From NCBI RefSeq assembly GCF_000010625.1, contig NC_010296.1:1170001-1202000 (forward strand): a stretch of DNA of 32,000 bases, given 5' to 3'. Shown here piece after piece: positions 6,703-15,559 of this stretch; the stretch's first letter is position 1, and the number at the start of each line of letters is the position of its first letter. Both the position numbers and the translations under genes were made by a program. The stretch comes from Microcystis aeruginosa NIES-843 (lineage in GTDB: Bacteria; Cyanobacteriota; Cyanobacteriia; Cyanobacteriales; Microcystaceae). Below the pieces are notes generated by a model that had not been told where the DNA came from, did no database searches, and saw only the letters and a program-made list of their open reading frames with translations.

Positions 6703-8811
6703 CTAAGCAAAGTTAACCGAGGTCAGCGTCAAATCATCAGTGAGTTGGATAAACAAATCACCAGCATCTACTACGTCTATGGCGGAATTATTTGTTCCCA
6801 GAACGAAGGTGTTATCTTTGAAGAGATCCTCTGCCCCAGTGTAGGTAAACGCAGCCAGTGCGTTTTTGCCAATATTAAACGAAACCGCTTTGGCGGCATC
6901 TAGTAAAGTGTCCTGTTTAGCTTCGAAAGTACCCAAGAACTGGGTAGAAGTAAAGCCAACTGCCTTCAGGTTGAGGACATCACCCGCCACCTGAAAATCG
7001 GTAATGGTATCGAAGGCAATGGTACTGTCGAAGTTCGAGTCAGCAATACTCTTATACACGAAGGTATCATTGCCAGTGCCAGGACCACCAGTTAAGGTGT
7101 CAGCAGAAGCGCCACCAGTCAGGGTGTCATTCTTGGCGCCACCTTCCAAGGTGTCTTTTAAAGCTCCACCGATGATATTCAAGGTACCATTGGTTTCCAA
7201 GCTGCCATCGTATGTAAGTTTTGAAACCGTGAAAGAGGAGGCATCAACGGTGGCAGACTTGCCACTGGCAACGAAGGAGTCATTGGGGTTAAGAACCGTA
7301 TTAACAAAGGACGTTTGCTTGACGATAACCGTCTCCACATTCGTGACTCGATTTAGGGCGAGAATACTTGTCTCGTCTCCAAGGCTGGCGGTTATGGTAT
7401 CCTCACCGTCACTGCCGTTGATGGCGACACCGACCAATTGGTTGGTAATTGCCGTCAAGGTGAAGGAGTCATCGGACTTACCACCGACAATCTGTTTGAC
7501 ACTAAATGGATCAACTTCTGTAGAAAGAATGTTGGCCAGATTGAGGGTCAGCTTACCGGTCAAAGCAGTGGCATCCAATTGAGCGGTGGAGTTTCCGCGA
7601 GCCATCTGAACAGCACCATCAATGGTGAGGTTCTTGTCACCACTGATGACGAAATTAGTATTTTCACCAGTCTGCGTATCGCGTATGGTCGGATTGGTGG
7701 TGGTATCACTCGCTTTGAGGACGCTATCGGCCTTAACCACGATGTTGATCTGACTGGCGTTGTTCTGGAAACGAGTGTCTTTAATAATTAGATTATCCAC
7801 TAGCCCATCGACAATTCTCGTCCCTGCTACCGTACCGTTTAGGTTAATGGTAGTTTGGCTGTTTTTATTCGTCTGTAGTACCGTCAGGGTCCCAGCGTAG
7901 CCTTCCGCTAGATTAAGGGGGTGCTTTTCAGAAGTGAGAACTGTTATGTTACCCGTGACAAATTCTAGAGTCTTGACATCAGTGATGTTAGCGATATCAA
8001 CAACACCACCGGGGGAACCCGTGAGTTTGATGTCCTCGATCTTACTGATAAAGGGGATGGTTTGGAAATCAAAGACATCGGGCAGGATGGTCGCCGTTAA
8101 GACATCATTATCGGAGGTACTGGGGTCTTGGATAACGCTGCCATCCAAGAAAACTGTACCGTTGATCTGATCGTTAGCGGTGGAGAGAAACTTATCGGCA
8201 GGGGAAACATGGGTGGAAGCGGCGGCTGTTAAAACGGCTCCTTGTTCTAACAGGGTGAAGGTAGTACCCGTGCCACCACCGATAATATCAATGATCGCCT
8301 GCTCGATGGCATCTTCAGCATCGGCAACGCTTTCGTCGGTGAAAGTCACCGTGTCGATGATTTGCGATGAGGTGGCAAATAGGGAAGCAGTGAAAGGAAT
8401 GCCCGCATTAAGTGCTTCTTGGGTAAATTGCAGGGCTATATCGGCACGGTTTTGGAGAGCGACCCTGTCGGTTCCTTGCGCTCCTTGAGCCACTGCGAGG
8501 ACAAATTCCGCCACAGCCTCAGGAGAGCTATCCTGTTCGAGAACACCTGACCAGTACTCTAGTCCAGCGTCGTCCGCATCACGACCAAAGGCATTCTGAT
8601 AGATTTCATTAATAAATGCTACGGGGTCGCCTAGGGTGGGAGATGCCAAGAAGGGGTAAAGGGATTTAGCCTCTGGGGAGGCACCGAACTGGGCGGCCAT
8701 CTCCTCTATGGTTACATCTTGGCTCTGCCAAAAGGTTAGGCCCTGTGGATCAGGGGAGCGGTTAAAGTAGATGACGTACAAGCCGACGATCGAATTTTGA
8801 TCTACAGTCAT
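6703..8811 (-). CDS. Large secreted/surface protein: two N-terminal DUF4214 repeats, Thr/Asn/Gly-rich beta-type middle, RTX GGxGxD nonapeptide repeats near C-terminus (T1SS-substrate-like)
   Basis: 702-aa ORF. DUF4214 units: IVGLYVIYFNRSPDPQGLTFWQSQ and INEIYQNAFGRDADDAGLEYWSGVL. RTX repeats: LEGGAKNDTLTGGASADTLTGGPGTGNDTFVY. There is no Cys and the composition is acidic, as in RTX/S-layer-like proteins. Confidence 0.75.
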   Translation of the reverse strand: MTVDQNSIVGLYVIYFNRSPDPQGLTFWQSQDVTIEEMAAQFGASPEAKSLYPFLASPTLGDPVAFINEIYQNAFGRDADDAGLEYWSGVLEQDSSPEAVAEFVLAVAQGAQGTDRVALQNRADIALQFTQEALNAGIPFTASLFATSSQIIDTVTFTDESVADAEDAIEQAIIDIIGGGTGTTFTLLEQGAVLTAAASTHVSPADKFLSTANDQINGTVFLDGSVIQDPSTSDNDVLTATILPDVFDFQTIPFISKIEDIKLTGSPGGVVDIANITDVKTLEFVTGNITVLTSEKHPLNLAEGYAGTLTVLQTNKNSQTTINLNGTVAGTRIVDGLVDNLIIKDTRFQNNASQINIVVKADSVLKASDTTTNPTIRDTQTGENTNFVISGDKNLTIDGAVQMARGNSTAQLDATALTGKLTLNLANILSTEVDPFSVKQIVGGKSDDSFTLTAITNQLVGVAINGSDGEDTITASLGDETSILALNRVTNVETVIVKQTSFVNTVLNPNDSFVASGKSATVDASSFTVSKLTYDGSLETNGTLNIIGGALKDTLEGGAKNDTLTGGASADTLTGGPGTGNDTFVYKSIADSNFDSTIAFDTITDFQVAGDVLNLKAVGFTSTQFLGTFEAKQDTLLDAAKAVSFNIGKNALAAFTYTGAEDLFKDNTFVLGTNNSAIDVVDAGDLFIQLTDDLTLTSVNFA

Positions 8812-9158
8812 AGTTTATTTTTCACTCCTCGAACAAAGTAAAAAGGTGTTCACACATGGCAGATATACTAGCATAGATGACCTCAATTATCAAGCTATGG
8901 CAAAATTTTTTTTTGTGGGAGTAGTTTCAGTCAAGGTCTTCTACAGTTGGTAATGATCGTTGAAGACTGACCCACGACCAGATTGAGTAGATTCTTTAAG
9001 ACTTAAGGTTATATTCCCATCCCCCAGAATACACCCTGATTCACCTTGATTTGGCAATTCGGTTACAATATTTAAACTGTCTTAGTTTATCGAGATGTAT
9101 CTATAGGTTAGTCCGACTTATGCCATTTTTCTAAAGTAATGGCATAGATGGTTAATTA

Positions 9159-9208
9159 CCCTCACCCTCACCCCCCCCGACATCGGGGGCAAGGGGAGGG
9201 GAGAGGGG
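9159..9208. other. C-rich/G-rich imperfect inverted repeat; the G-rich arm is a canonical G-quadruplex motif
   Basis: CCCTCACCCTCACCCCCCCC-GACATC-GGGGGCAAGGGGAGGGGAGAGGGG. The plus strand has four G4 tracts with loops of 3, 1 and 3 nt. The left arm gives G tracts on the minus strand. Confidence 0.5.
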
Positions 9209-9809
9209 CGTAGTATGCCTGCAAAGAATAAAGAAAAATGGTATTACTCCGTCAATTTTGCTGGGGCAATTTGTCCAACCCTAGCCATCTGAGCCTCACT
9301 GCTGGTGCTGGAATTTGGCGGGAGTTTTTTCGGGCTGCTAATCTGTGTGTGTTAGGGGGAGCGGAAACAAATCTAAAAATGTCTAGTCTGGTATCTATCG
9401 AACTCTTTTCTGATTCTGAGGTTTAATTTTTTGGTTCTAAAACCTGATGGGCTATTGTCGAGAGAGCCAGAAACTTGCCGCTCCGTCACCACAGGGCAGC
9501 AAATGTCTTGTTCGGGGAAACTTGATTAGAAAAAAGACGGTCTTAACAGCAATGCCATCCCAGCCTGATGGTACAGGAACCTGTAAGATGGGATTGGTAG
9601 CCACTATCGGGGAGCAAGATTCTCAATCAAGGCAGTTCCATCTCTCTCGGTGCTGGGATAAACGAAAATATTAAACTTAATTTTTTCTTCTAAGCTAAGA
9701 CGCATTTTAACCGCTCATCCTTAGATTGGCTAAATCTCCCCCAATCCCTTGCCTCTTACCTGTTGCCTCTTGCCTCATCTCAACAAGTAATTTAAATACT
9801 TAACAGCTT

Positions 9810-11540
9810 ATGACTATCGAAACTTACTATCCCCATCTAAATGTCAAGCATTTGCTTGATAAAATTCGCCAAGAAGCCCTGCGTCAAAATCTGCACCTTG
9901 GGGTTCCCTCAGCACCATTACCACCACCACCGGCAGCGACAAGGGAATTAGTCCTGAAGGGGGATTTTGATCGGGAAGCAATTAATAATCAAATCGATTA
10001 TATAGAGGGATTTATCAAAACAGCCGAGTCAAGAGCGGCAGTGCGTAACCAACTGCCAGAGAAATTTGGACGTTTTCCCTGGTTATTATTTAAACCCTTG
10101 CAAGCTCTGGCTTTAAAGATTCTCAATACCATATTTCGCGATCAAAGGGAAGTGAACTTCAATCTGGCCAGTGCCTTGCGAGAATGCCTACAATTAAATC
10201 GACAGTTATTATCAGAGGTGGAAAGTTTGCGATCGCAATCCCAGCGAGATTTAGAGAATTTAATGGCGGTTAGTCAGAGTTTATCTGGTTACAGCCAAGC
10301 GGTGGAGAAAAATCTGATCAATAATACCCAAAATCTACAGGAAAAACTGCATAATCTTGACCAAAAATGGCAGGAGCGGCAGCAGCAAAATCAAGATGAA
10401 CTCCAAGGAGAAATCCAGGAACTTGAGCGAGAGATGCAAAGCCAAATCGAGCAACTGGCTCAAAAGGGGGATAGGATCGCTAATCAAATTCAAGAGGGGC
10501 TGCAAAGCCAAATCGAGCAACTAGATCAAAAGCGCGATCGGATCGCCAATCAAATTCAAGAGGGGCTGCAAAGCCAAATCGAGCAACTAGATCAAAAGCG
10601 CGATCGGATCGCCAATCAAATTCAAGAGGGGCTGCAAAGCCAAATCCACCACCTCGATCGAGAGTTGTATCAGAAGACCGAGCAATTGCAGGAGTATCTA
10701 GAAACCCAAATTAAAGATAGTAATGAGAAGAATTTTCAAAATAGCCATTATTTAAAGATAGATTTACTCCAACAAAAGCGCTTAATGAATAAGTTTTTAG
10801 AAGCGACAGCAGGAGCGGAAGGGGGATTGGCGAGTGAACCAGCGCAAATTTTTGCGGGAGAGTTAGATCATTCTCTAGATGCCTTTTACTTCGCCTTTGA
10901 GGAGCGTTTCCGCGGCAGTCGCGAGGAAATTAATAAGAGATTAGAAGTGTATCTTCCCCGACTCAGAGAAGCACAAATTGCCCCAGTAGACTCGCTGATT
11001 TTAGATTTAGGTTGTGGTCGGGGAGAGTGGTTAGAGCTTTTGCGAGATAATGGTTACAGAGCCAGAGGTATCGATCTAAACCGAGTCGTCATTGAACAAT
11101 GTCAAAGTCGAGGATTAGAGGTTGTAGAAGGAGATGTTATCGCTTATTTGCAATCAATGCCAGACGAAAGCGTGGCGGTAATCACGGGATTCCATATTAT
11201 TGAACATCTACCCTTTGAAATATTAGTCAAGCTATTAAATGAAGCATTTCGAGTGCTGCGTCATCGAGGTTTGGTTATCTTTGAGACTCCCAATCCTGCT
11301 AATGTTTTAGTGGGCAGTTGTAATTTTTACTTCGATCCAACCCACCGCAATCCTCTACCCAGTTTAATGACTCAATTCCTAGTGCAATACTGCGGTTTTG
11401 CCGAGGTAGAAATTCTTAATTTAAACCCTTCTGATGGATTCAAAGCTGATGAGGGAAATGAATTAGATGAGTTATCTAAACAGTTTAATCAGTATTTTTA
11501 TGGTCCAATGGATTATGCTGTTATTGGTTATAAACTATAA
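9810..11540 (+). CDS. Coiled-coil protein with C-terminal class I SAM-dependent methyltransferase domain
   Basis: 576-aa ORF. About 200 aa are Q/E/L-rich coiled coil including 22-aa tandem repeats. SAM motif I is ILDLGCGRGEWLELL..GIDLN, followed by ITGFHIIEHLP and LVIFETPNP. Confidence 0.8.
   Translation: MTIETYYPHLNVKHLLDKIRQEALRQNLHLGVPSAPLPPPPAATRELVLKGDFDREAINNQIDYIEGFIKTAESRAAVRNQLPEKFGRFPWLLFKPLQALALKILNTIFRDQREVNFNLASALRECLQLNRQLLSEVESLRSQSQRDLENLMAVSQSLSGYSQAVEKNLINNTQNLQEKLHNLDQKWQERQQQNQDELQGEIQELEREMQSQIEQLAQKGDRIANQIQEGLQSQIEQLDQKRDRIANQIQEGLQSQIEQLDQKRDRIANQIQEGLQSQIHHLDRELYQKTEQLQEYLETQIKDSNEKNFQNSHYLKIDLLQQKRLMNKFLEATAGAEGGLASEPAQIFAGELDHSLDAFYFAFEERFRGSREEINKRLEVYLPRLREAQIAPVDSLILDLGCGRGEWLELLRDNGYRARGIDLNRVVIEQCQSRGLEVVEGDVIAYLQSMPDESVAVITGFHIIEHLPFEILVKLLNEAFRVLRHRGLVIFETPNPANVLVGSCNFYFDPTHRNPLPSLMTQFLVQYCGFAEVEILNLNPSDGFKADEGNELDELSKQFNQYFYGPMDYAVIGYKL
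10440..10649 (+). repeat. 66-bp in-frame tandem repeat, 3 full units plus a partial fourth (SQIEQLDQKRDRIANQIQEGLQ)
   Basis: Units start at 10440, 10506, 10572 and 10638. Units 2 and 3 are identical on direct reading. Confidence 0.95.
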
Positions 11541-11560
11541 TTAATCACGAGTAAGTATTC

Positions 11561-12604
11561 ATGAGAGTTATTATTACAACAACACAGGTTCCTTTTGTCT
11601 ATGGCGGTGCGGAAATTCACGCTCAGGAATTATGTAAGGCTTTAGAATTGGCAGGCCATGAAGCGGAAATAGTCGCCATTCCCTTTCAAACCTATCCCCT
11701 GGAGAGAATTTTAGACACAATGTTAGTCTGTCGCTTATTAGATTTGACTAGCGCCAATGGCAGAAATATTGATCGATTAATTGGCTTAAAATTCCCAGCT
11801 TATTTAATTCCTCATCCCAGCAAAGTTCTCTGGATTCTGCATCAACACCGACAAGCGTATGAACTATGGGGTAATCCCTATGGTGGGTTAGATTTAAGTG
11901 CCAATGGTTTACAAATTCGTGAAAATATTATCCGGGCAGATAATAATGTTTTTGCTGAAACTCATAACATATTTAGCAATTCTAAAAATGTGGCAAGAAG
12001 GCTAAAAACCTATAATAATGTTGATTCGATACCCCTTTATCACCCTCCCCAGAATGCTGATTTTTTTCAATGTCAACCAGAAGAAGGTTATCTATTCTTT
12101 CCTAGTCGGATCAATCCCTTAAAACGTCAAGAGTTAATCCTTGAGGCTTTAGCCTTGACTAAAAACCCTGTCAAAGTGATTTTTGCCGGTCAACCAGAAG
12201 GGGATTTTGGTGACATTCTAGAGGAAAAAGTTAAGCAGTTGGATATTGCTGAAAAAGTGGTATTTTTAGGCAGAATTAGTAACGAGGAAAAACTCGATTA
12301 TTATGCCAGATCCCTAGCAGTGCTTTATCCTCCCTTTGAGGAAGATTACGGTTACGTTACCCTAGAAGGAATGTTAGCTTCTAAACCAGTGATTACCTGC
12401 CAAGATTCGGGAGGACCCCTAGAATTTATTCGTCATCGCGAAACCGGTTTAATTGTGGAACCTAAGGCAATGGCCATAGCAGAGGCCATGGACGAAATTT
12501 GGGAAAATCGGGATTGGGCGGCAAAATTAGGTAAATCTGCCGGTGAATACTACAAAAGTCTCGATATTACTTGGTCAAACGTTATCAAAAAACTACTCGC
12601 ATGA
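11561..12604 (+). CDS. Glycosyltransferase family 4/1 (GT-B)
   Basis: 347-aa ORF. C-terminal Glycos_transf_1 signature: LYPPFEEDYGYVTLEGMLASKPVITCQDSGGPLEFIRHRETGLIVEP (E-x7-E). Confidence 0.85.
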   Translation: MRVIITTTQVPFVYGGAEIHAQELCKALELAGHEAEIVAIPFQTYPLERILDTMLVCRLLDLTSANGRNIDRLIGLKFPAYLIPHPSKVLWILHQHRQAYELWGNPYGGLDLSANGLQIRENIIRADNNVFAETHNIFSNSKNVARRLKTYNNVDSIPLYHPPQNADFFQCQPEEGYLFFPSRINPLKRQELILEALALTKNPVKVIFAGQPEGDFGDILEEKVKQLDIAEKVVFLGRISNEEKLDYYARSLAVLYPPFEEDYGYVTLEGMLASKPVITCQDSGGPLEFIRHRETGLIVEPKAMAIAEAMDEIWENRDWAAKLGKSAGEYYKSLDITWSNVIKKLLA

Positions 12605-13896
12605 AAATTAATTGGTTTTCTCCTTTGCCTCCTGCTAAAACTGATATTGCCAATTACACGGTTCGAGTCCTACCTAGTTTAATCAAAAATTGTCAACTAG
12701 AACTGTGGACTAATCAAACGATTTACGATCGAGAACTAAACAACTATGTCCAAGTTAATTCTTACCATAGAGATAACATAATGTGGTCAAAAATTAACCA
12801 AGCAGACATAAATATTTATCATATTGGTAATAACCCAGATTTTCATGAGGATATCTGGCGAATTAGTTGTCAATGCCCCGGTATAGTCGTCCTTCATGAT
12901 TTAAAGCTGCAGGATTTTTTTAGTGAAATTGCTAGAATCAATAATGATCGAGATAGCTATCTTAATCAAATGTTCTATTACTATGGGCTGGAGGGAAAAA
13001 TAGCCACAGAAATGTGGTGGAATCAGAAAATTACTATGCAATTTATGGCTGATAATTATCCCCTAACTCCTTTAGCGTTAAAAAATGCTGTGGGTGTGAT
13101 TACCCATACCCAGGAAAGTTATTGTCAACTGCAAAAAGAACAAGAGCTTTTAACTGCCTATATTCCCCTTCCCTATCCTAGTTTCGGTTGCTCATCAAAT
13201 CAAGAAAATCAGAGAGAAAAGGGTTGTTATCAATTAATTATTTTTGGTCACATTGGTAAAAATAGATGTGTGGATATGATTCTGGACTCTCTGGCCAGTT
13301 TTCCCCAAAAACAAGCTTTTCGCTTAGACATCTATGGAGAAGTATGGGATAGTAATTATCTCCTTCAAAAAATTAATAGCTTAAATTTAAATAATTTAGT
13401 AACCTTGCATGGTTTTGTCACGGAAGCCAAATTAGAAACCGCCTTAGCTAACGCAGATTTAGCAATCAATTTACGTTATCCCACTATGGGGGAAGCTTCC
13501 GGTAGTCAGCTGCGGATTTGGAGCCATGGTTTGCCAAGTTTAGTGACTAAAATAGGTTGGTATAGTGAGTTGCCGGAAAATACCGTAGGTTATGTGACTG
13601 TTGGCAACGAAATCGCCGATTTACACCAACATTTCTCTCAATTTCTTCACGATCCGCAATTCTATCAGACTATTGGGAAAAATGGTCAAATTTGGCTAGA
13701 AAATAATCACTCTCCCGAATCATACGCCAAAGCTCTGGTGGATTTCGCTCGGGAAGCCTGTCAACAAAGATATCGTTATGCAGCCAATTATTTTATCGAA
13801 AAAGTAGGCAAAGAAATTAGTTATTGGAATGATGACAAAATCTCGGATTTAGAGCTAAAGTCCCTAGCGGAAACCATTCATTTTCTAACCAGCTAA
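12601..13896 (+). CDS. Glycosyltransferase (GT-B type), translationally coupled to the upstream GT
   Basis: The preferred start is ATG 12601, overlapping the upstream TGA (ATGA). It gives MKINWFSPLPPAKTDIANYT, a common N-terminus of cyanobacterial GT1 proteins, and there is a GEASGSQLRIWSHGLPSLVT region. Track ORF start 12571 lies inside the upstream gene. Confidence 0.7.
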   Translation: MKINWFSPLPPAKTDIANYTVRVLPSLIKNCQLELWTNQTIYDRELNNYVQVNSYHRDNIMWSKINQADINIYHIGNNPDFHEDIWRISCQCPGIVVLHDLKLQDFFSEIARINNDRDSYLNQMFYYYGLEGKIATEMWWNQKITMQFMADNYPLTPLALKNAVGVITHTQESYCQLQKEQELLTAYIPLPYPSFGCSSNQENQREKGCYQLIIFGHIGKNRCVDMILDSLASFPQKQAFRLDIYGEVWDSNYLLQKINSLNLNNLVTLHGFVTEAKLETALANADLAINLRYPTMGEASGSQLRIWSHGLPSLVTKIGWYSELPENTVGYVTVGNEIADLHQHFSQFLHDPQFYQTIGKNGQIWLENNHSPESYAKALVDFAREACQQRYRYAANYFIEKVGKEISYWNDDKISDLELKSLAETIHFLTS

Positions 13897-14816
13897 AGTG
13901 CTTCCCCATCGGGAATTATCATCTTGCCTTGGCAGACTAGAACTGATGCACCACCCACAGAAACTTCCGTAATTGACCGGTTATTTTTCTGAAACTTTAA
14001 TTGTATGTTGCTTGGTCTGCCCATTTCCACTCCCTGGATTATCGTCCATTGATTCATCCCTTCCCTAGAAGATTCTAACCCCCCTAGATAGCCCGCTAAA
14101 GCGGCCACAGCCGAACCGGTGGCGGGATCTTCCATAACTCCTAAACCGGGGGCAAACATTCGGCCATAGAGACGAGATTGGGGTGATTCTGGTTCAAAAC
14201 AGCAGACAAAAAGGGAATTAGCGGGGGATTGTCCCAATAATGATGACCAGAGACTTAGATTTAGTTTTATTTTCCCTAAAATATCGCGGTTTCTAACGGG
14301 GATGAATAAAAAAGGAAGGCCACAGGAAAAGGCGCGAGGGGGATAACCGGGTAAGAAATCGGCAACGCTTAGGGAAAGAATCGCCGCTAAATCATCGAGA
14401 GCATAATTATCCGCCACTAATTCTGGCAATTGTGCCACTTTTAACTCACTATAGACCGGTTTTTCCCCGTCCATGAGAATTTTTACCTGTACTAAACCGA
14501 CTCCTTCCTCCAGATAAATCGTGGTTTCTTGGTGGGGGGGAATAGCACCGATTAGGGCTAAAATATAGGCCGTGCCGACGGTAGGATGCCCTGCAAAGGG
14601 TAATTCGATACTGGGGGTGAAAATACGGACTTTTTTGCTGCCTTGGTCTGTTTCTGGCGGAAAAACGAAGACTGTCTCTGAGAAGTTAAATTCGGCGGCG
14701 ATTTTTTGCATCTGGGTGTGGGTTAATCCAGACGCTTCCGGAAAAACCGCCAGGGGATTACCGCCAAAAATGCGCTCGCTAAAAACATCGGCGGTATAGT
14801 AGGAATAGATAGGCAC
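13893..14816 (-). CDS. PhzF-family isomerase-like protein
   Basis: 307 aa, GTG start. Motifs: [31 protein letters not shown]. Confidence 0.85.
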   Translation of the reverse strand: MPIYSYYTADVFSERIFGGNPLAVFPEASGLTHTQMQKIAAEFNFSETVFVFPPETDQGSKKVRIFTPSIELPFAGHPTVGTAYILALIGAIPPHQETTIYLEEGVGLVQVKILMDGEKPVYSELKVAQLPELVADNYALDDLAAILSLSVADFLPGYPPRAFSCGLPFLFIPVRNRDILGKIKLNLSLWSSLLGQSPANSLFVCCFEPESPQSRLYGRMFAPGLGVMEDPATGSAVAALAGYLGGLESSREGMNQWTIIQGVEMGRPSNIQLKFQKNNRSITEVSVGGASVLVCQGKMIIPDGEAL

Positions 14817-15024
14817 GCGGGGGATAGGGCAACAGTTATCGGAGAATTTTTTTATCTTACACCTATTTTCACCCGTGACCGGCCCGGCGGTCTGTCTAGG
14901 GATAGATTCTCCTTGTCAGTCCTGTTAGTCTCTGTTTATTAAGAAATAATTAAAATACAGAGTTTTTCCTAAAGATAAGGTATGTCTTGATAGGGCATCG
15001 TCTCGGAGTCTCCTAATAACTCTA

Positions 15025-15498
15025 CTACTTGTTCGGTTCTAATCTGGCTAATAAACTGACTAACTTATCTCTGACGGAATTGTGAGTGTATTCGTCTTCA
15101 GGGTGAGGTTTTTGATGGGGTTTTTGAAAATAGGGACGTTCTCCGTATAATTGTCCCCATTTCACATCGACTCGGTGTACTAATTCATAGAGTAATTCTT
15201 GATTGTCTAAAATTTCTTCTAGGATTAACTGTAAAGCTTGAACGGGATTATCTAAATTTTGACTGACTTTTGTTAATTCTTCATCAACGATAAGCTGTAA
15301 AATTATCTGCAAAGCTCCCGAAGAATCCCCTAAATTAGCGGCAATAAACTGTTTAATTTCAGTCCTTACCTGCACTAATTTGGGGACAGGAGATTCCCCT
15401 TTGAGGAAATCCGCCCCCTCTTGAGCGATAAAATCTGCTAGGGTAAACTCGCGCCTTTCGATGATATCTTGGGAAAAATCTGGTTCTTCAGGGGTCAT
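15025..15498 (-). CDS. Hypothetical protein (acidic, helical)
   Basis: 157-aa ORF with coding-like composition. It is divergent from pepP. No family was recognised. Confidence 0.55.
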   Translation of the reverse strand: MTPEEPDFSQDIIERREFTLADFIAQEGADFLKGESPVPKLVQVRTEIKQFIAANLGDSSGALQIILQLIVDEELTKVSQNLDNPVQALQLILEEILDNQELLYELVHRVDVKWGQLYGERPYFQKPHQKPHPEDEYTHNSVRDKLVSLLARLEPNK

Positions 15499-15559
15499 AA
15501 ACTAAAAAGATTAGCGATAATAGACTCTAAGACTTATTGTGACATTTTTAGGAATATCT

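Noticed and set aside
7004-8488. Plus-strand ORFs 7004..7582, 7438..7791, 7934..8170 and 8180..8488
   Set aside because: All lie antisense within the 702-aa RTX/DUF4214 gene, which has clear domain motifs. Their translations are low-complexity Val/Ser/Pro-rich mirror frames.
9238-9674. ORFs 9238..9426 and 9447..9674 in the divergent intergenic region; also considered a cobalamin-riboswitch-like GCCACT box near 9600
   Set aside because: The ORFs are short with no SD, odd composition and no recognisable motif. The single GCCACT hexamer lacks the rest of the B12-element consensus, and the downstream gene context does not fit.
12571-12600. Track start (12571) for the second glycosyltransferase
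   Set aside because: It would overlap the upstream GT by 34 nt in another frame. ATG 12601 gives the ATGA stop/start overlap and the conserved MKINWFSPLPP N-terminus.
12660-12670. tRNA T-arm-like GGTTCGAGTCC
   Set aside because: It lies inside the glycosyltransferase CDS. No acceptor or anticodon stems can be drawn around it.
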